DNA from: Nibricoccus sp. | GTDB lineage: Bacteria; Verrucomicrobiota; Verrucomicrobiia; Opitutales; Opitutaceae | NCBI GenBank assembly: GCA_047602425.1 | Contig: JASGHG010000001.1 | Span: 1,408,001-1,472,000 of the forward strand | DNA length: 64,000 bases | Direction of reading: 5' to 3' | Shown here: one piece after another, positions 60,194 to 64,000 of the stretch | Layout: every line of letters begins with the position of its first letter | Numbering within the stretch: position 1 is the first letter of the stretch | Notes under the pieces: model-generated | What the model saw: the letters and a program-made list of their open reading frames with translations, nothing else | What the model was told of the DNA's origin: nothing | The model's database searches: none | Translations under genes and position numbers: made by a program

Positions 60194-60239
60194 ATACTAC
60201 CGGACCGCCGACTATGAGACCACGGACTATAAGTATCAT
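60194..60239 (-). promoter_or_regulatory. C-box operator pair and -10 element of a probable leaderless promoter
   Basis: Minus strand reads ATGATACTTATAGTC-CGTG-GTCTCATAGTC, then TAGTAT 6 nt before the ATG. Confidence 0.8.
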
Positions 60240-60327
60240 TTTCGCCCGATCTCGGCGACGAAGACGCGTCGCCCTCCACCAGCAGGCAGAGCAAATCCCT
60301 TTTCCATAGGCCGCGAGCCCATTACAC

Positions 60328-60363
60328 AAAACAGCCCACCCGCGCGGGGCGCTGGGTGGGCTG
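60328..60363 (-). terminator. Probable intrinsic terminator insulating the R-M promoter
   Basis: CAGCCCACCC...GGGTGGGCTG with U-tract on the minus strand. Confidence 0.6.
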
Positions 60364-60549
60364 GAACTAACGGCTATCGTTAAGGGAGCCCTCATGGGCG
60401 AGGTCGCTTTCCCGGTGCACTTGTCTTGAAAACGACGCGAAGTAACCGGCGATGTCGAACCAACGCGCCGGGAAGTCGCGTTCCAGCCACAAAAACTGCA
60501 TATCGCGTGCAATTACGCCTGGCGAAGACCGTTTTGCCGAACCAGATGC

Positions 60550-60960
60550 TCGTTTTTTTCGCTCCAAGGGTCGTTTGACGTTCCCCAAGGCGGAACTGCA
60601 CGGCTCCAAGGTCAATCTGCCACCGCCTAAGCCCCAGCTGACACGCGCCAAGGGTCAGCTGCACGCAACCCGCTGGCAATTGCACCGGCCCAAGGCGGAT
60701 TTGACGGCGCCCAAGGCTCGTTTGTCACGATCCAAGGCCAATCTCCACGCAGCTTGGTTGCGATTGCACCGACCCAAGGTGCTTTTGTCGGCGCCCAAGG
60801 TAAGCTTGCACCTTCCCAACCCTCGCTTGCACGTGCCCACGGCGCTTCTGCACGCACCCAAGGTGCTGTTGTCACTGCCCAAGGTACGTCCGTCGCGGCG
60901 CACGAGGCGAATGTTCGAGCTCGAGGTTCAGCTGCACGGAGTAAAGGGTCAGTTCAGCAC
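60550..60960 (+). repeat. Degenerate 21-bp tandem array (~19 units), possibly coding within ORF 60452-61168
   Basis: CCAAGG at 60564, 60585, 60606, 60648, 60690, 60711, 60732, 60774, 60795, 60858, 60879 (multiples of 21). Confidence 0.8.
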
Positions 60961-60990
60961 TTCTCACTCAAACATACCAAAAGAGGCAAA

Positions 60991-61077
60991 GGTAGCGACG
61001 ACCCGCCGTGGTCGTCCGGTTATGCGTGAGCAACTCGTTAGCAACGTTGACGGACGGCCCGGCGGTCCGTCCCTACC
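60991..61077. repeat. GTAG-type REP doublet
   Basis: GGTAGCGACGACCCGCCGTGGTCGTCC ... GGACGGCCCGGCGGTCCGTCCCTACC. Confidence 0.7.
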
Positions 61078-61108
61078 TCCAAACGTCAGAGCGAAACTTA
61101 GCCCACCC

Positions 61109-62689
61109 TCATCGCCCGACCCTCGGTGTGCAGTTTTTGAAACGGATATTTTTCGAGAGCTCGCCTGAGGCGTCGAGGTTCAGTTTGTCGTTGGGAACGT
61201 CGAAGCGGCAGTTTTCGAAGGTGATGTCGCGGGCGTCCAGGGCGGCAATCGTGCCGCTGGCGCTTTTGATCGCGGCGTTTTTCAGGACGAAACCCGTGAC
61301 GTCGTTAAGGATGATCGGACGTTCGCTGGTCGTGGCGCTCAGATTTTGAATCAAGATTTTGGTTGCCGGACTCTCCGGCAGGCCGATGACCTTGATGGCG
61401 AACCGGGCGTTATCGACTTGGACCTGATTGACGGAAACGTCTCGGTAAACCGGCGTGAGTTTTGTAACTGGTGGAATTGGCAGTCGGCTCGCGGCCGCGC
61501 CCACAAACTGAGCTTCGCCGAGCATGTCCCACGCGATCGCCGTCGAGCAACGGCCGATCCGGATGCGTTCATAAAACAAATGCTCGCCACCGCCCGCTCT
61601 TGGCCGACGCGTCTTGAAACGAATGCCCACCACCGGCTCCTGAAACACGCTGTCGCACACGTAAAGATTGCGCACCATGCCGCCCGTCTCGCTGCCGGTC
61701 GAAATGCCCGCGTGTGCTTTTACGACCAGACAATTTCTCATCACGATGTTTTCGCTGGGCACGTTCACCCGCAGCGCATCTTCGCCGCGTCCGGACTTGA
61801 TCGCCACGGCATCGTCCCCGCAGCTGAAGGTGCAATACTCGATGAGCACATTGCGGCTCGAATCGATATCGATGCCATCGCCGCTGGTGATGTTCACGGA
61901 GTCGATCGTGACGCCGCGGATGATCACGCCGTCGCAGTATAACGGCACGATGTTCCAAAGCGCGGAACGTTCCAGCGTCACGCCTTCAATGAGGACGCTC
62001 CGACAGTTCACCGGACCAATAAATACCGGCAAATAAACCGGGCCATTGTTGCGCCCATCGCAGAGCCGCTCGGCCACGGGAGTACGCGCATCGATCTTGT
62101 CCACGCTCACCGGGTTTCTTTGTTTGCGCAGCGCGCAGTCGAGCGGAGGACCGACGAGTTTTCCTTGGCCGGTCACGGCGATATTCTGCTCGCCGTTTGC
62201 ATAGATCAGTGCGCCGAGCGAAAAAACCTCCACGCCCTCGCTGCGGGTGAAAACGGCCGGCTGATAATCCTCGACGCGTCCGCTGAAATGCAGCTCCGCG
62301 CCTTCGTTCAGGTGCAGGTTGACGTTACTCTTCAACACAAGGCGTCCGATATTCCAAACGCCTTTCGAAATCACCACGGTGCCGCCGTGCTTCGCCGAGA
62401 CATCGTCGATGGCTGACTGGATCACGTTGGTCGCCAGCTGACCATCGGCCACAGAAGCGACTTCCACGCGCAACGCCGGGAATTTCGGGCGCGCGAATTG
62501 CGGCGCCGCGAACGGTGCCGAAACCGGCGCGATCTCGGCCGGCAGATTGGCGGAGCCAACTTGATCGGCTTTGGGCAACAACGTCGGTTGCACCTGCGCC
62601 CTTACCGGCAGACATGCCATACACAAAAGAAAAGCGAGCCCTATGAGCACGGTTGGGACATTAAGTTGGTTTCGGTTGCATGAAGTCAT
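61109..62689 (-). CDS. Glycoside hydrolase family 28 (polygalacturonase-like)
   Basis: IQSAID...GGTV, LKSNVNLHL, GDGIDIDSS, GDDAVAIKSG, GSE..G, GIRFK. Confidence 0.9.
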   Translation of the reverse strand: MTSCNRNQLNVPTVLIGLAFLLCMACLPVRAQVQPTLLPKADQVGSANLPAEIAPVSAPFAAPQFARPKFPALRVEVASVADGQLATNVIQSAIDDVSAKHGGTVVISKGVWNIGRLVLKSNVNLHLNEGAELHFSGRVEDYQPAVFTRSEGVEVFSLGALIYANGEQNIAVTGQGKLVGPPLDCALRKQRNPVSVDKIDARTPVAERLCDGRNNGPVYLPVFIGPVNCRSVLIEGVTLERSALWNIVPLYCDGVIIRGVTIDSVNITSGDGIDIDSSRNVLIEYCTFSCGDDAVAIKSGRGEDALRVNVPSENIVMRNCLVVKAHAGISTGSETGGMVRNLYVCDSVFQEPVVGIRFKTRRPRAGGGEHLFYERIRIGRCSTAIAWDMLGEAQFVGAAASRLPIPPVTKLTPVYRDVSVNQVQVDNARFAIKVIGLPESPATKILIQNLSATTSERPIILNDVTGFVLKNAAIKSASGTIAALDARDITFENCRFDVPNDKLNLDASGELSKNIRFKNCTPRVGR

Positions 62690-62804
62690 CGGAGATGCGG
62701 AAAGTAACATGCTTTCAAAAAGACGACCAGCCCCAGCTGGGGTAACAATGCGCCAGCCGATTGATTCGAATGAACTTCGCGCGAAGCTTTGGCGCGGCAG
62801 CGCC

Positions 62805-62879
62805 GGTAGGGACAATGCTCCGCATTGTCCGGTTCAATGCTGGTCCCAAACCGGGCAATGGCGGAGCATTGCCCCTACC
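62805..62879. repeat. GTAG-type REP doublet
   Basis: GGTAGGGACAATGCTCCGCATTGTCC ... GGGCAATGGCGGAGCATTGCCCCTACC. Confidence 0.7.
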
Positions 62880-63017
62880 TTCGATCCAAAACCAATTGAT
62901 AGTGGGCGCTTGTGCAACGTCGCTGACAAAACAACGCCGCTCTCGATCCAGCGCGCCGAGGACGTCGCGCTCCACCGATAATGCTTCACTCAATTCGACG
63001 ACCCGACGGTGCGCCGC

Positions 63018-64000
63018 TTAGGCAGTGGCTTCGGCGGGAGTCTTCGAACCGCGGACGGCGTCGGCGATGTTTTGCGTTTCGACTTCGCCGTGCTCGTGGT
63101 TGAAGCGCATGGAGACGGTCTTTGAAACGCCGCGTTCCTCCATCGTCACACCATAAATCGCGCTGGCCGCGGAAACGGTGCGCTTGTTGTGCGTGATGAT
63201 GATGAACTGGCTTTCGTTGACGAACCGTTTCAACAGATCCGTGAAGCGGCCAATGTTCGATTCGTCGAGCGGCGCGTCGAGTTCGTCGAGCAAGCAGAAG
63301 GGCGACGGCTTCACCATGTAGAGCGCGAAAAGCAGGCCCACGGCGGTCAGCGTTTTTTGTCCGCCGGAGAGGAGCGTGATGCTCTTGAGCTTCGTGCCGG
63401 GCGGTTGCGCGACGATTTCGATGCCACTTTCCAGCGGGTCGTCGGCCTGGATGAGTTCGAGCGCGGCATGGCCGCCACCGAACAAGGTCTTAAAGGTAAA
63501 CTCGAAGTTCTTTTTGATCTGCTCGAACGTGATCGCGAATTGCTGTTGGGAGGTCTGGTTGATCTCGTCGATCGCTTTGAGCAGGTCGGCCTTCGATTTC
63601 GTCAGGTCGTCGTTCTGCGTCTTGAGGAAATCGTAACGCTGCTTGAGTTCGGCGTACTCCTCGATGGCGACGAGGTTGACCGCACCCATGCTGTTGAGGC
63701 GCTGGCGGGTGGCATCAACCTCAACCTTGATCTCACTCCAATTGGTCGAATCGAGCGCGGCCAGATCGGCTTCGGTCGGCTCGCCGCGGGGCTCTTTCTT
63801 TTTGCGGCGCTTCTTCGTCGGAGCGGCCTCGGCTTGGGCGGGTTGAGTGGTTTCGCCTTCGGCGGGCTGACCTTCCACCACTGGCGCAGGTGCGGCTTCA
63901 ACTGCTTCCGGCTTCTGGCCTCCGGCCTCTGGGGTCTGACTTCCGGCTTCCGGCTTCTGCCCTTCGCCTTCCTCATCCTCTTCGTCGAGGTCGAGCTGCT
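63018..64000 (-). CDS. smc: Chromosome segregation protein SMC (C-terminal part only)
   Basis: GAVNLVAIEEY, LFGGG.A.L, QPPGTKL..LLSGGQK, LDELDAPLDESN, FIIITHNK. Confidence 0.95.
   Translation of the reverse strand, partial: QLDLDEEDEEGEGQKPEAGSQTPEAGGQKPEAVEAAPAPVVEGQPAEGETTQPAQAEAAPTKKRRKKKEPRGEPTEADLAALDSTNWSEIKVEVDATRQRLNSMGAVNLVAIEEYAELKQRYDFLKTQNDDLTKSKADLLKAIDEINQTSQQQFAITFEQIKKNFEFTFKTLFGGGHAALELIQADDPLESGIEIVAQPPGTKLKSITLLSGGQKTLTAVGLLFALYMVKPSPFCLLDELDAPLDESNIGRFTDLLKRFVNESQFIIITHNKRTVSAASAIYGVTMEERGVSKTVSMRFNHEHGEVETQNIADAVRGSKTPAEATA

Noticed and set aside
60550..60960. CRISPR array
   Set aside because: Period is only 21 bp, there is no 23-47 bp conserved repeat with unique spacers, and no cas genes are in the window

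Overview
GC-rich bacterial chromosomal segment, most likely Verrucomicrobia/Opitutaceae (inferred from gene content, the double-length UvrA and the repeat style). The most striking feature is a diverged tandem duplication of an ~8 kb cassette lying between sufD and sufT (about 1100-17390). Each copy has a conserved ~400 bp leader, a secreted PL3 pectate lyase, a hairpin, two paralogous membrane-anchored helical-repeat proteins, an exported ~700 aa ankyrin protein, and a convergent TMTC-like GT-C/TPR glycosyltransferase. Housekeeping genes follow: murA, ruvB, amidase, infC, IscA-family, pdxA, lpxA, aroB, zwf-opcA-pgl, smc. The window also holds a TonB/PepSY/AraC uptake locus with Fur-like boxes, a double-length uvrA with a +1 frameshift and many in-frame repeat insertions, rhamnulokinase with lutABC, and an ECF sigma/anti-sigma/PDZ trio. 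An AT-richer C-M-R-Vsr (EcoRII/Dcm-like) restriction-modification operon has a clear C-box and sits next to a degenerate 21-bp tandem array and a GH28 gene. Several REP doublets and MITE-like inverted repeats occur. No rRNA, tRNA, CRISPR array, integrase or transposase was recognised. All calls come from manual motif recognition; no database searches were run.
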